Source of the DNA: Chloroflexota bacterium
Lineage (GTDB): Bacteria > Chloroflexota > Dehalococcoidia > Dehalococcoidales > UBA2162
Assembly (NCBI GenBank): GCA_043797985.1
Contig: JAZDPB010000174.1
Span: 1-60,327 of the forward strand
DNA: 60,327 nt
Direction: 5' to 3'
Under the pieces are notes generated by a model. It saw only the letters and a list, made by a program, of their open reading frames with translations, had not been told where the DNA came from and ran no database searches. Positions 9,637 through 19,061 of the stretch are shown one piece after another. Both the position numbers and the translations under genes were made by a program. The stretch's first letter is position 1. Each line of letters opens with the position of its first letter.

Positions 9637-10908
9637 ATGGACAAGACGATAGCGATAATAATGGCTGGTGGGGTAGGGGAGAGACTGCAACCCTTGACCA
9701 GAGAGAGGTCAAAGGCGGCAGTTCCTTTTGGTGGTAAATTCCGGCTCATTGATTTCACACTTAGTAATTGCATCAACTCAGGATGTCGCCACATTTTCGT
9801 TCTCACACAATACCGGTCAAGCTCGCTGAATAGACATATCCAGGATGGCTGGGGTATCTCGCTCTCAGGTTTAGGAGACTTCATCTATTGTGAACCAGCC
9901 CAGCAGAAGCTTGGTGATGATTGGTATCGTGGTACTGCCGATGCGGTACGGCAAAACCTTGACTTGCTCCGGGGAAGAGATGTTGAACATCTCCTCGTCC
10001 TCTCTGGTGACCACATCTACAAGATGAACTACCTGAGTATGGCGGAATATCACAAGGTAAAGAAAGCTGGCCTGACACTCTCCGCTATCAGGGTAAAAAA
10101 AGAAGAGGCGGCGGGAAAGCTTGGAGTGCTTGAGGTGGACAAAGACTATAGACTGGTTGGTTTCGAAGAGAAGCCGGCGCAGCCAAAGACGATTCCAGAT
10201 GCTCCAGACTATGCCTTGGCGTCAATGGGCGTTTATATCTTCAGAGTTGATGTTGTGATGGAGGCTTTGCGAGGAGAGGAAGAAGACTTCGGTAGACATA
10301 TCATTCCCAAAATGATAGGCAAGGGTTTTGAAATCTTCGTTTACGACTATGAGAAAGAGAACAAGATAGAAGAATTCGTGGTCGAAGTGAGGGAGGGTAA
10401 AAGAAACAAAGTTCTGGTTGATAGAACTCGTGATTCTTCGTATTGGAAGGACGTTGGCACTATCGATTCCTACTATGAAGCGAGTATGGACCTGGTAGGC
10501 GTTGACCCTGTTTTTAATCTCTACGGAGAGAGGTGGCCCTTCAGGACTTACCAGAGACCGCTGCCTCCAAGCAAGTGTGTTCTCGGGGGGAGAACCCTGG
10601 AGTCTATCGTGTCTGATGGTTGTATCGTTAGCGGTGGGACGGTGTTTGGTTCTATATTGTCCCCGGGCGTAGTTGTAGAAAGAGATGCCACGATTGAGAG
10701 GTCAATCGTATTTGATGATGTTATCATCGAGCCTTATGCCAGGATAAGACAAGCCATCATTGACAAGGAAACTAGAATCCAGACTGGAGCATCCATCGGC
10801 TATGACCTGGAGGCGGATAAGAAGAGAGGCTGTACAGTATCAGAGACCGGCATTGTAGTCGTTCCTAGAGGAGCTGACATAGGACGCTCTGACGTTGCAC
10901 TATTTTGA
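9637..10908 (+). CDS. glgC: glucose-1-phosphate adenylyltransferase
   Basis: 423 aa. N-terminal MAGGVGERLQPLTRERSKAAVPFGG nucleotidyl-transferase motif and a C-terminal left-handed beta-helix region. Confidence 0.88.
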   Translation: MDKTIAIIMAGGVGERLQPLTRERSKAAVPFGGKFRLIDFTLSNCINSGCRHIFVLTQYRSSSLNRHIQDGWGISLSGLGDFIYCEPAQQKLGDDWYRGTADAVRQNLDLLRGRDVEHLLVLSGDHIYKMNYLSMAEYHKVKKAGLTLSAIRVKKEEAAGKLGVLEVDKDYRLVGFEEKPAQPKTIPDAPDYALASMGVYIFRVDVVMEALRGEEEDFGRHIIPKMIGKGFEIFVYDYEKENKIEEFVVEVREGKRNKVLVDRTRDSSYWKDVGTIDSYYEASMDLVGVDPVFNLYGERWPFRTYQRPLPPSKCVLGGRTLESIVSDGCIVSGGTVFGSILSPGVVVERDATIERSIVFDDVIIEPYARIRQAIIDKETRIQTGASIGYDLEADKKRGCTVSETGIVVVPRGADIGRSDVALF

Positions 10909-11049
10909 TTCAAGTAACATTTATTTGCATTGCGCAAACAGTGCTCCTTTCTATTTCAGATTCCAGTAGTTCTCTTTTCCCTTCAATAGTGAAGTCTGTG
11001 TATCTCTTCGTATGCGAAAAACTGATAAGTCACCATTGTTTGGGGAGAT

Positions 11050-11250
11050 CGTTCGGTCTTAGTTGGTGGTGTCATTGCGAGCCATTCGTTTAGCGTCATT
11101 CTGAGAGTAACGAAGAATCTCATAATGCTCAGTTCTGATCCACGCAGTAACATCAGTCATGCAGTAATGAGATTGCCACGTCGTTCGCCTCAGGCGGACT
11201 CCTCGCAATGACAGTGGAATCAACCAGATGCAAACAGAACCGACGCTTAC
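11050..11250. repeat. interspersed repeat (GTCATTGCGAG ... CTCGCAATGAC type), inverted relative to the 2559-2717 and 30055-30275 copies
   Basis: 11-bp terminal inverted repeats GTCATTGCGAG (11071-11081) and CTCGCAATGAC (11202-11212). The internal module GTCATTCTGAG..GAAGAATC and the flanking GGAATCAACCAGATGCAAACAGAACC recur elsewhere. The track ORF 11059..11262 shares GSVCIWLIP with ORF 2502..2738, a translation artefact of the repeat. Confidence 0.75.
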
Positions 11251-11360
11251 ACGGGCTATCATTTAACTCACAAATGAAGGTATAATAGATTGGTTGGTGC
11301 TCGGTTTATAGCTGGCGAGCACGTAGCTAAAATCTTACGGCATGAGGTTATGGGGGTTTT

Positions 11361-12284
11361 ATGAATGAGGAATTTGTTCGCCGGGTGCGAGCAGTGGTTG
11401 ATAATATTCGTCAGGTAGTGGTAGCGAGCCCGGATGTTATTAGAATGAGTCTGCTGGGATTGCTATGCCAGGGGCATGTTCTTCTGGATGATTTTCCGGG
11501 TGTAGGTAAAACATTACTGGCAAAGACACTGGCGCAGTCATTGCAGGCTAACTTCAAGCGTATCCAGTTCACTCCAGACCTGCTGCCGAGTGATATTACC
11601 GGCTCGTCGATATATGACCAGACTGCTGGAGACTTTAAGTTTGTGCCTGGCCCTATCTTTGCCAATATAGTGCTGGCAGATGAGATTAATCGCTCCAGTC
11701 CGCGAACACAGTCCGCTCTGCTTGAGGCAATGGGTGAGGGATACATTACCTTCGATGGAATTACTCGCCCTCTACCCAGGCCTTTCTTCGTCATTGCGAC
11801 ACGAAACCTCGCTGAGGCGCATGGTATCTTCCCTCTACCTCAAAGCCAGCTGGACAGATTTTTGCTCTCTTTCGGGATTGGCTATCCGAAGCAGGAGGAA
11901 GAGGTGGAAATACTGGAACGACATGAACATGGGGGACTGAGTATTAGCCCGGTTCTCACCGCCAGTGACATTTCTACCATGCAAGACCAGGTATACCAGG
12001 TTGAAGTTGCTCGGCCGGTAAAAGAATATATTGCTAATCTTGTAGCTGAGACGAGGGCAAGTGCCGAAATAGCTATAGGCGTAAGCCCTCGCGGTACTGT
12101 TTTTCTACAGAGGGCTGCCCAGGCCAGGGCAGCCATGGAAGGAAGAGATTTCGCTACACCCGACGATGTTAAGGTGATAGCGCCAGCGGTACTCCGCCAC
12201 CGTATTCAAACCCGTTCCTCAGAGCCTGATGCATCCGCGAAATGCATCGAAGCTATTCTGAGCACGGTCCCGGTACCTTTATAG
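11361..12284 (+). CDS. MoxR-family AAA+ ATPase
   Basis: 307 aa. Walker A FPGVGKT, Walker B VLADEINR, typical AAA_3 length. Confidence 0.88.
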   Translation: MNEEFVRRVRAVVDNIRQVVVASPDVIRMSLLGLLCQGHVLLDDFPGVGKTLLAKTLAQSLQANFKRIQFTPDLLPSDITGSSIYDQTAGDFKFVPGPIFANIVLADEINRSSPRTQSALLEAMGEGYITFDGITRPLPRPFFVIATRNLAEAHGIFPLPQSQLDRFLLSFGIGYPKQEEEVEILERHEHGGLSISPVLTASDISTMQDQVYQVEVARPVKEYIANLVAETRASAEIAIGVSPRGTVFLQRAAQARAAMEGRDFATPDDVKVIAPAVLRHRIQTRSSEPDASAKCIEAILSTVPVPL

Positions 12285-12295
12285 AGGTCGTTTGA

Positions 12296-12415
12296 CAACC
12301 TATCCCCTGTCCCCCTCCCTTGCCAAGGGAAGGGGTGTAAGTAAGAGAGGGGCTTCGCCCCTCTCTATAATATCTTTCCTCTCCCCTGAAGGGGAGAGGA
12401 ATAAAGGGTGAGGGA
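12296..12415. repeat. GC-rich hairpin module array
   Basis: Hairpins CCCCTCCCTTG/CAAGGGAAGGGG, AGAGAGGGGC-ttc-GCCCCTCTCT and CCTCTCCCC-tgaa-GGGGAGAGG. These are the same module types as at 3063-3240 and 46812-47168. Confidence 0.75.
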
Positions 12416-12446
12416 TTAGTGAAACAATTTCTTTATAAGATAACTT

Positions 12447-13664
12447 ATGACTAAAGCAGGCTTTGGTTTCATCGCCGCCGGTGGGTTCGTTTATTTACTG
12501 GCAATTCAAACTCAAATAGGCTGGCTCTACCTTTTTGATGGTATCATCTGGAGCCTGCTCGTGCTATCAGCCATCTTGCCCTGGCATAGCCTCAGGTCTC
12601 TACAAGTAGAGCGTCAGCTATTATTGCCGACCTCTACACTCAACCGGTGGCAATTAAGCGGTCCTCTGGAGGACGAGACGGTTGAGGTTAAACTCAAAGT
12701 GAGTAGCAATGGGCGTTTTGCCAGGTACTTCATTAAGGTATTGGAGGATTGTCCCTTTGCTGAACCAGAAAAGCGTCACCGGGCCTTTCTTCTCACCAGG
12801 CTTGCCCCGGGGTCGATGAGAGTCTTTTCCTATACCGCTACCTGTTACCGGCGAGGGTATTACGATTCATCGAGTGTTACCCTGCAATCAAGCGGGCCTC
12901 TGGGGCTGATAGTACGTCAGCGTACTTTTCAATTGTCTTTGAATCTGACAATTTACCCTGCCTATTACCGAATCGAAAGCTCTCCTATCGCCGATGCAGC
13001 GTGGGTAGATTGGGGTCATGCTGTCAAGTCGAGCGTGGCTGCTGAATTCTATGGTTCCAGGGAATATCGGCATGGCGACCCGCTAAAGTATATCCACTGG
13101 CGTAATACTGCTAAACTGGGGCATTTCATGCTCAAAGAGTTCGAGCAAGCCAGTCAGGGCTCGGTAGCTGTTGCCTTTGAAGCGAGACAGGATTTCGGGG
13201 AGGGGAAAGAGACGACCTTAGAATACAGCATCAAGGTCGCTGCCAGCCTGGCTAAGCTTTGTGCTGACTCCGGATACGGCATAGACATTATCGCCGGAAA
13301 GACGCCTTTGCGTAATGGTGGGTGGCGAGAGGCAATGGACTTCCTGGCGCACTTAGAAATAGACGGCAAGGTTAGTTTGGCTGAATCGATGGCAATACTT
13401 GAGCCGAACAAAATCGTCGTGGCGATAGTACCTTCAATAGAAACCAGGCTAATCCCTGTGCTATCGCAGTTGGCTGCCCGAGTGCTGGGACTGGTGATAG
13501 TGCTTCTGGAAGACTTCACTACGGAAGAAGCATCCGGCGAGTTTTTCTCTAAATTGAAGGGGAATAACATTTACATCCTTAGTTGCCCCCGGGGTAATTT
13601 GGAAGCAGCGATACAAAAGTTGGGCAGTTCTTTGTTTTTACCACAAATCACCAGTGTTGGTTGA
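12447..13664 (+). CDS. DUF58-domain protein (MoxR partner)
   Basis: 405 aa. Two N-terminal TM helices and the REYRHGDPLKYIHWRNTAK motif typical of DUF58. It follows a MoxR gene as in the common MoxR-DUF58-transglutaminase arrangement. Confidence 0.8.
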   Translation: MTKAGFGFIAAGGFVYLLAIQTQIGWLYLFDGIIWSLLVLSAILPWHSLRSLQVERQLLLPTSTLNRWQLSGPLEDETVEVKLKVSSNGRFARYFIKVLEDCPFAEPEKRHRAFLLTRLAPGSMRVFSYTATCYRRGYYDSSSVTLQSSGPLGLIVRQRTFQLSLNLTIYPAYYRIESSPIADAAWVDWGHAVKSSVAAEFYGSREYRHGDPLKYIHWRNTAKLGHFMLKEFEQASQGSVAVAFEARQDFGEGKETTLEYSIKVAASLAKLCADSGYGIDIIAGKTPLRNGGWREAMDFLAHLEIDGKVSLAESMAILEPNKIVVAIVPSIETRLIPVLSQLAARVLGLVIVLLEDFTTEEASGEFFSKLKGNNIYILSCPRGNLEAAIQKLGSSLFLPQITSVG

Positions 13665-13671
13665 TTGAAGA

Positions 13672-15735
13672 ATGCAGATTGCGAAATACTCGGCTAGTTC
13701 AAGATTTTTTGCCTTCCTTGCCGTTAGCTGCTCCATAGCGGCGGTGGCTTGGGCAAGTAGGGATATCTTGCTGCTGGCTATTGGTATACTAGGCCTGGCA
13801 GCAGGTCACTTCTATAGCTGGCGCCGGCATGACGGCTCGATTCGCCGCAGGTTGATTCTACTCCTTTTTATGGTCCTTACTGTCTTTCTTGGTGGAGATA
13901 TATTGCTTTCTGGACTGAGCGACAGGCTGCTACTATCTCGCTATCTCATCTACGGGTTGGTGTTAGGTAGTTTCGACCTTGTGAGAAAAAGAAACATAAT
14001 CGCCAGTTTGATTCTGGGAAGTCTGCTCCTGGTGCTTATCAGTGAAGTGGCACTCGATATTTGGTTTTTGGTCTTCCCGTTATTGTTTACGGTCCTGGCG
14101 CTGATAGCGGTTGCCATTGGCCGTATGGAAGCTGAGATAGACCAGGGTGTGTTAGTAGGAGAATTCAGGTGGCACACTGCCGGAAGGTTCTGGTTAGGCT
14201 TTGCCGCGAGCACCTTTTTGCTCGCCGCTGTCTTTTTTCTCTTTATGCCGAGACTTGTCAGCAGTAACATAGCTCAGGCAAACTGGCTTCCCAGCCGACT
14301 GGACCTCAGTCTTAGCGGGCTTACCACGCTTCCCAGTAAGCCTGGTGCCTCGGTATCACCGGGGATATTCCCATCCCGTGATGATGAATCAATCCTGGCT
14401 AACAGGGAATATGCCACGCTAGGTTACGTCGGTTCTTCAGCCGATAGAGTGGTAATGCAGGTACGCAGTCGGTTATCCAGCTACTGGCGCGGCGCAACAC
14501 TGGATGTATATGATGGACGGGGGTGGTTACCTTCCTCACTCCAGATTAGGCTACTTAACGAGAGCCGAGGGGAGTTCGTCTTACCCGATTCCAAATTGAA
14601 CTTAACAGGGCAAAGGGTCTATTGGCAAGCATATTACTTGTTGTCAGACCAGCCCAACGCCGTATTCACTGGCTATGACCCGGGGAGAATCTATCTGCCC
14701 CAAACGAGTCAGACATTCCTCGAGAAGGGTACTCTATATCGTGCTCTCTCCTCGGTGCCGTATCTCAAGCCTGAGTTGCTGCGGAGGGACAGCGTTGTCT
14801 CTGATGACATTTCCAATCTGACGCTTCCGTCCATCAGTGAACGAACTGCCGAACTAGCCGAGTCCATCGTGCAAGGTGCCTCCACCGATTACGAGAAAGC
14901 GGCGAGGCTGGAGCGCTTCCTGCTCACCAATTATCCCTATGTTCTGGATGTCGAGTCACTGCCGTCGGGGCGTGATGCCGTAGACTACTTTCTGTTTGAA
15001 CAACAGGCTGGTTATTGCTCTCATTTTGCTACTGCCATGGCAGTAATGACTCGGCACGTTGGTCTGCCAGCGCGTGTCGCAGTGGGATATTTGCCCGGCT
15101 TCATCGATCCGATGACTGGAGCGTATGCCGTGCGTACCGGGGATGCGCATGCCTGGGTAGAAATTCACTTTCAGCGAAATGGTTGGGTGGCTTTTGACCC
15201 GACGCCAAGCCCCAAAACTGCGATGGGTTTTGCCACCAGACGAAATTGGCTCTACTTTGGACTGGAAGATTTTACCGGAGTTACCTTTGCTAGTGTGCTG
15301 TCGCCATTAGTGGGCACGCTATCCCTTGGTTCTATCTCTGTACCTGTTTGGGCCTGGTTAATATTGCTCGGCGCGGGAATTACCGTTGTTATTCTGGTTT
15401 TACTTCTCAGTCGCCGTAAGGTAAAAATCAGAAAGGAAGTAAAAGGATATAGCATTCTGGACGGGGAGTCGAGAAGGTTGATGTTGAGCCTTTACCATAA
15501 AATGATAGCCTTGCTTGTTAAGAAAGGTTTGCCCTCTCGACAGCCATATCAAGCCCCCTATGAATACGCTACTCTCATAGGTGGTCAAATTCCAGACAGC
15601 CGGGAGATGGTAGAGTGGCTGAGTCAGGCTGCCAGCAGGGCTGCCTACGATTCCAGGCACTTTGACCAATCGGCCATCGTAGAAGCGAGACGCAAGCTGT
15701 CTATGTTGAGGCGGATACAAACCAATAGACAATGA
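13672..15735 (+). CDS. transglutaminase-domain membrane protein
   Basis: 687 aa. Multi-TM N-terminus and a Cys-His-Asp core (GYCSHFATAM ... DAHAWVE ... FDPT). Confidence 0.85.
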   Translation: MQIAKYSASSRFFAFLAVSCSIAAVAWASRDILLLAIGILGLAAGHFYSWRRHDGSIRRRLILLLFMVLTVFLGGDILLSGLSDRLLLSRYLIYGLVLGSFDLVRKRNIIASLILGSLLLVLISEVALDIWFLVFPLLFTVLALIAVAIGRMEAEIDQGVLVGEFRWHTAGRFWLGFAASTFLLAAVFFLFMPRLVSSNIAQANWLPSRLDLSLSGLTTLPSKPGASVSPGIFPSRDDESILANREYATLGYVGSSADRVVMQVRSRLSSYWRGATLDVYDGRGWLPSSLQIRLLNESRGEFVLPDSKLNLTGQRVYWQAYYLLSDQPNAVFTGYDPGRIYLPQTSQTFLEKGTLYRALSSVPYLKPELLRRDSVVSDDISNLTLPSISERTAELAESIVQGASTDYEKAARLERFLLTNYPYVLDVESLPSGRDAVDYFLFEQQAGYCSHFATAMAVMTRHVGLPARVAVGYLPGFIDPMTGAYAVRTGDAHAWVEIHFQRNGWVAFDPTPSPKTAMGFATRRNWLYFGLEDFTGVTFASVLSPLVGTLSLGSISVPVWAWLILLGAGITVVILVLLLSRRKVKIRKEVKGYSILDGESRRLMLSLYHKMIALLVKKGLPSRQPYQAPYEYATLIGGQIPDSREMVEWLSQAASRAAYDSRHFDQSAIVEARRKLSMLRRIQTNRQ

Positions 15736-15824
15736 CGGTGAATTTTGATGATAGTTGGTTTGGTGTCTATCAGGTAAGTATGCTATTATACGGGCAACTA
15801 AACGCTGGGTAAGGAGGAAGAAAA

Positions 15825-17306
15825 GTGGCAGCAAAATTTTCACTTCCTAAGAATTGGAACAAAGAAGCTGATGTCGTAGTTGTCGGCTATGGAGCTGCCG
15901 GGGCGACGGCAGCCATAACTGCTCATGATGCGGGAGCCAAGGTGCTAATCTTGGAAAAAGCACCTGAAGGTCAGGAGGGGGGAAATAGTCGCGTTTCAAG
16001 CCAGGCGTGGCTTGCGCCAGAGCCGGTCGCTCAATCCGTTGAATATCTCAATGCGCTCTGTGGCGCTTATACCGTTCCGCAAGAAATGGCCCGAGCCTGG
16101 GCAGAGGAGATGGCCAAGAACACGGACTGGGTCAAGAGCTTGGGTGGGCAGCCTTCAGGGGGAATCCCTACCACTAGAGGCGAATTCTCAGAGATGCCCG
16201 GAGTTGATTGCGTTCGCATCTATCATATTGAGGAGTCGGGTCATGAGCACCTTTGGAAGCTACTGAAAGCTTCAGTAGATAAGAGACGGATTGAAGTCTT
16301 CCATGCAACACAAGGGAAAGAGTTGATTCAAAATTATGCCACCAAAGAGGTAGTTGGAATCATAGCTGAACATGAAGGAAAGTTACTTAATATAAAAGCT
16401 AAGAGAGCAGTTGTCTTGACCTGCGGCGGGTTTGAGAATAACCAGGAGATGATTCGAAACTTCGTGCCAAACTTACCGTATTGTTACCCGTTGGGTACGC
16501 CATATAACACCGGTGATGGTATAAAGATGGCGATGATGGTGGGTGCTGACCTCTGGCATATGACCAATGCTGCTGGTCCTTTTTATCATCTAAAAGTCCC
16601 TGAGTTTCCTACCGTAATGGAGATAAGCACGATGATTCCCACTTTGGAATTCCCCGGGGGTATGATTGTCGTTGGTGCCGAAGGAAAGAGGTTTGTGGAT
16701 GAAAAATTCCGTAATGCCCATGGTAAGATAAAAGTCAATGGCCAATGGACACAATCTCCTACCCCCTGTCCGATGTTCATGATATTTGACCATACCCTGT
16801 TTTCAGCCGGTCCTCTTTACGATAATAATTTCTATCACGGATGGAATCAAATACTTAAGCTCTACCACTGGAGTAAGGATAATAGTGCTGAGTTAGCTAA
16901 AGGTTGGATTAAAAAGGCTGATACTATTGCTAAATTGGCCAGCATCATCGGGTTAGATGCGACAGTACTTGAAGATACTGTCAATCGATGGAATGGTTAT
17001 TGTGCTGCGGGAAAAGACCCGGAGTTTGGCAGGACCAGAATGCTAACGCCAATCAAAAATGTACCATTCTATGCTATTGAGGTGTCACCCACCCTTCTCA
17101 ATACCCAGGGCGGTCCCAAGCGTAATGCCAAGGCGCAAATAATCCGACCCGACGGAAGTCCGATTCTGAGGTTATACAGCGCCGGGGAGCTCGGCTCAAT
17201 CTATGGCTACCTGTATCAGGGCGCTGGGAATCTGGGGGACTGCATGGCTGTCGGTCGAATCGCTGGGCGTAATGCTGCTGGGCAGAAACCATGGAAAGAG
17301 GGATGA
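15825..17306 (+). CDS. FAD-dependent oxidoreductase (fumarate reductase / KstD-like flavoprotein family)
   Basis: 493 aa. Dinucleotide-binding motif DVVVVGYGAAGATAA and C-terminal LYSAGE...G motif of the FAD_binding_2 fold. Substrate unknown. Confidence 0.75.
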   Translation: MAAKFSLPKNWNKEADVVVVGYGAAGATAAITAHDAGAKVLILEKAPEGQEGGNSRVSSQAWLAPEPVAQSVEYLNALCGAYTVPQEMARAWAEEMAKNTDWVKSLGGQPSGGIPTTRGEFSEMPGVDCVRIYHIEESGHEHLWKLLKASVDKRRIEVFHATQGKELIQNYATKEVVGIIAEHEGKLLNIKAKRAVVLTCGGFENNQEMIRNFVPNLPYCYPLGTPYNTGDGIKMAMMVGADLWHMTNAAGPFYHLKVPEFPTVMEISTMIPTLEFPGGMIVVGAEGKRFVDEKFRNAHGKIKVNGQWTQSPTPCPMFMIFDHTLFSAGPLYDNNFYHGWNQILKLYHWSKDNSAELAKGWIKKADTIAKLASIIGLDATVLEDTVNRWNGYCAAGKDPEFGRTRMLTPIKNVPFYAIEVSPTLLNTQGGPKRNAKAQIIRPDGSPILRLYSAGELGSIYGYLYQGAGNLGDCMAVGRIAGRNAAGQKPWKEG

Positions 17307-17353
17307 TGGTGCCGTGGCGCAAGCTTTTTCACCGACTATAGACGCAGGAAAGT

Positions 17354-17956
17354 ATGTATAACTGGCCGCAAGCATTTATCTTGACCTTTGTGCCTCTGTT
17401 TATAGTTATTGATGCTTTTGGCAATTTGCCCTTTGTTATCTCACTGAGTGAAGGGATGTCTGGCCGGGAGCGTCTCAAGATGATTCATATTGCCACGGCA
17501 ACTGCTGCCATTGTCGGCCTTGTTTTTCTCTTCTTTGGACAATTCATTTTGAATGTGATGGATATACGCGTGGGCTCTTTTGCCGTTGCCGGTGGTATTA
17601 TTCTTTTGGTGCTCTCTATCAAGTATATGCTGACCGGCCACATGGTAGAGGTATTAAAGCGAGAGATGGTAGCTGTTGTTCCTATTGGTACGCCACTGAT
17701 AGTGGGTCCAGCGACAATAACCACATTGCTGCTACTTGCCACTCAATTCCCCTTGTATATGGTTCTGCTTTCTTTTATCTTGAATATATTAATAGCCTGG
17801 ATTTTCTTTCTGTTGAGCAGTCAGATTGCCAGGTTCATGGGGCAGGGTGGGCTCAGGGCGGTCTCGCAGGTATTTAATCTTTTGCTTGCCGCCATTGCCG
17901 TAAGTATGATTATACGTGGTCTGGACTTACTTGGCATACTGAAAATTGCTGCCTAG
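17354..17956 (+). CDS. MarC-family (UPF0056) integral membrane protein
   Basis: 200 aa, six predicted TM segments, N-terminal FxxLFxxxDPxGNxP-like motif (FIVIDAFGNLPF). Confidence 0.8.
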   Translation: MYNWPQAFILTFVPLFIVIDAFGNLPFVISLSEGMSGRERLKMIHIATATAAIVGLVFLFFGQFILNVMDIRVGSFAVAGGIILLVLSIKYMLTGHMVEVLKREMVAVVPIGTPLIVGPATITTLLLLATQFPLYMVLLSFILNILIAWIFFLLSSQIARFMGQGGLRAVSQVFNLLLAAIAVSMIIRGLDLLGILKIAA

Positions 17957-18158
17957 AGCTTTGGGTAAAACGAGGTAGGGTCAATACCTGAAGTGGGCGT
18001 ATTGAAAAGCTAATCCTGTTTGTTGAAAGACCATGACGCAATTGCCGTTAGCACGATGCCAAGGACAGCCACGAGCAACACATCTTCAAGAACGCTCGTT
18101 GTTTGCCCCAGGATAGTCACACCAATATTGTAGCTGCCCTGTCCTCCAACCAGATACC

Positions 18159-18395
18159 CTATGACAATAGTTTGTCCAATCTAGCCTGGTCAAAACCGAC
18201 GACAATCTCGTTATCAATAATAATCACCGGTACAGCCATTTGCCCGGACTTTTGTATCATCTCTTTGGCTTTTTCCTTATCTGCAGCCACATTGTGTTCA
18301 ATATAAGAAATCCCTTTTCGCGAAAGATACTCTTTCGCCCGATGACACCAGGGTCAGGTGTTAGTGGAATAGATAACCACTTTCTTGTCAGTCAT
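18159..18395 (-). CDS. glutaredoxin-like protein (YruB/NrdH type) with in-frame TGA at the first Cys of CxxC; candidate selenoprotein
   Basis: My own translation: ATG 18393-18395 with GGAGG 7 nt upstream, reading MTDKKVVIYSTNT[TGA 18354-18356]PWCHRAKEYLSRKGISYIEHNVAADKEKAKEMIQKSGQMAVPVIIIDNEIVVGFDQARLDKLLS, stop TAG 18159-18161. The fold motifs (VPVIIID, VVGFD) match small glutaredoxin-like proteins. It is absent from the track because both halves are under 60 aa. Confidence 0.65.
18320..18338 (-). promoter_or_regulatory. SECIS-like hairpin downstream of the in-frame UGA
   Basis: mRNA GCGAAAG-AGUAU-CUUUCGC (7-bp perfect stem, 5-nt loop containing GU) begins 15 nt after the UGA. This is within the distance range described for bacterial SECIS elements. 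Confidence 0.45.
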
Positions 18396-18449
18396 TCTTT
18401 TGCCTCCAAAATCGAATATTGTGATAGGCTCTCATATTCTTATAACTTA

Positions 18450-18478
18450 ATCTTATATCTGCCTATGGCAGTCGTCAA
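18450..18478 (-). promoter_or_regulatory. candidate promoter with spacer palindrome upstream of the glutaredoxin-like gene
   Basis: Minus-sense TTGACG (18473-18478), 17-nt spacer containing the palindrome CTGCC-ATA-GGCAG (18459-18471), then TAAGAT (18450-18455). Confidence 0.3.
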
Positions 18479-18740
18479 GTTTAGTATACCCTTCCCTGCA
18501 GTTATTTAGAATGAAACAAAAGTCGAATACAGCCAACTGCCTTTGGTTTAAAGATGCTCCAAGTTGTATTGGACTTGAGAAATACTAGTTGAGGGAAAGG
18601 CTACCATTTGGGATGAATGACAAGTAACTATCTCTTGACTAAGCGTGGTTATGCAGAGCAAACAAACTAATTCTGCATCCTGGCACCAACAGATCGAGAA
18701 TCACTTTATTGACCGAGTGGGGTTGAGGATGTGAGTCGCA

Positions 18741-18866
18741 TTAGCTGTTAACCGTAAAGTATGGATAACTTTCCACAATAGCCACGGTAGGGGTGATAAA
18801 GTCGTTTTCCATAAGGGCTTTGAGTACCTGACTGACTATTAAGATTGGTTCTATTATATTTCTCAT
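18741..18866 (-). CDS. hypothetical 41-aa protein
   Basis: ATG 18864-18866 preceded by GGAGGA-AAACAA. It reads MRNIIEPILIVSQVLKALMENDFITPTVAIVESYPYFTVNS. No family recognised; it could be the remnant of a larger gene. Confidence 0.3.
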   Translation of the reverse strand: MRNIIEPILIVSQVLKALMENDFITPTVAIVESYPYFTVNS

Positions 18867-19061
18867 TTGTTTTCCTCCTTTTACTTTTACTGTTAATTCT
18901 AGTCTATAACTCTGAAGTTAAGTGAAGATTAAGATTTGCTCTTAGGGGTTAAGATAAGGTTACAATATGATAACAAAAGGATTACAGTTTAGATGTAAGA
19001 AGGCATAGAAAGGAATCTTTGATGTAACTGATAGAGGCTACTTTGGCTGTTACGAAGCAGA

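Noticed and set aside
9057-9884. 275-aa minus-strand ORF spanning the pgi/glgC junction
   Set aside because: It is antisense to two well-supported genes with clear family motifs. It has no recognisable motifs and a low-complexity composition, so it is a shadow ORF.
18010-18180. Open frame encoding IGQTIVIGYLVGGQGSYNIGVTILGQTTSVLEDVLLVAVLGIVLTAIASWSFNKQD, which looks like the last helix of a membrane permease
   Set aside because: It has no start codon or upstream continuation, because a TAG closes the frame inside the glutaredoxin-like gene. It may be a gene remnant, but this cannot be supported.
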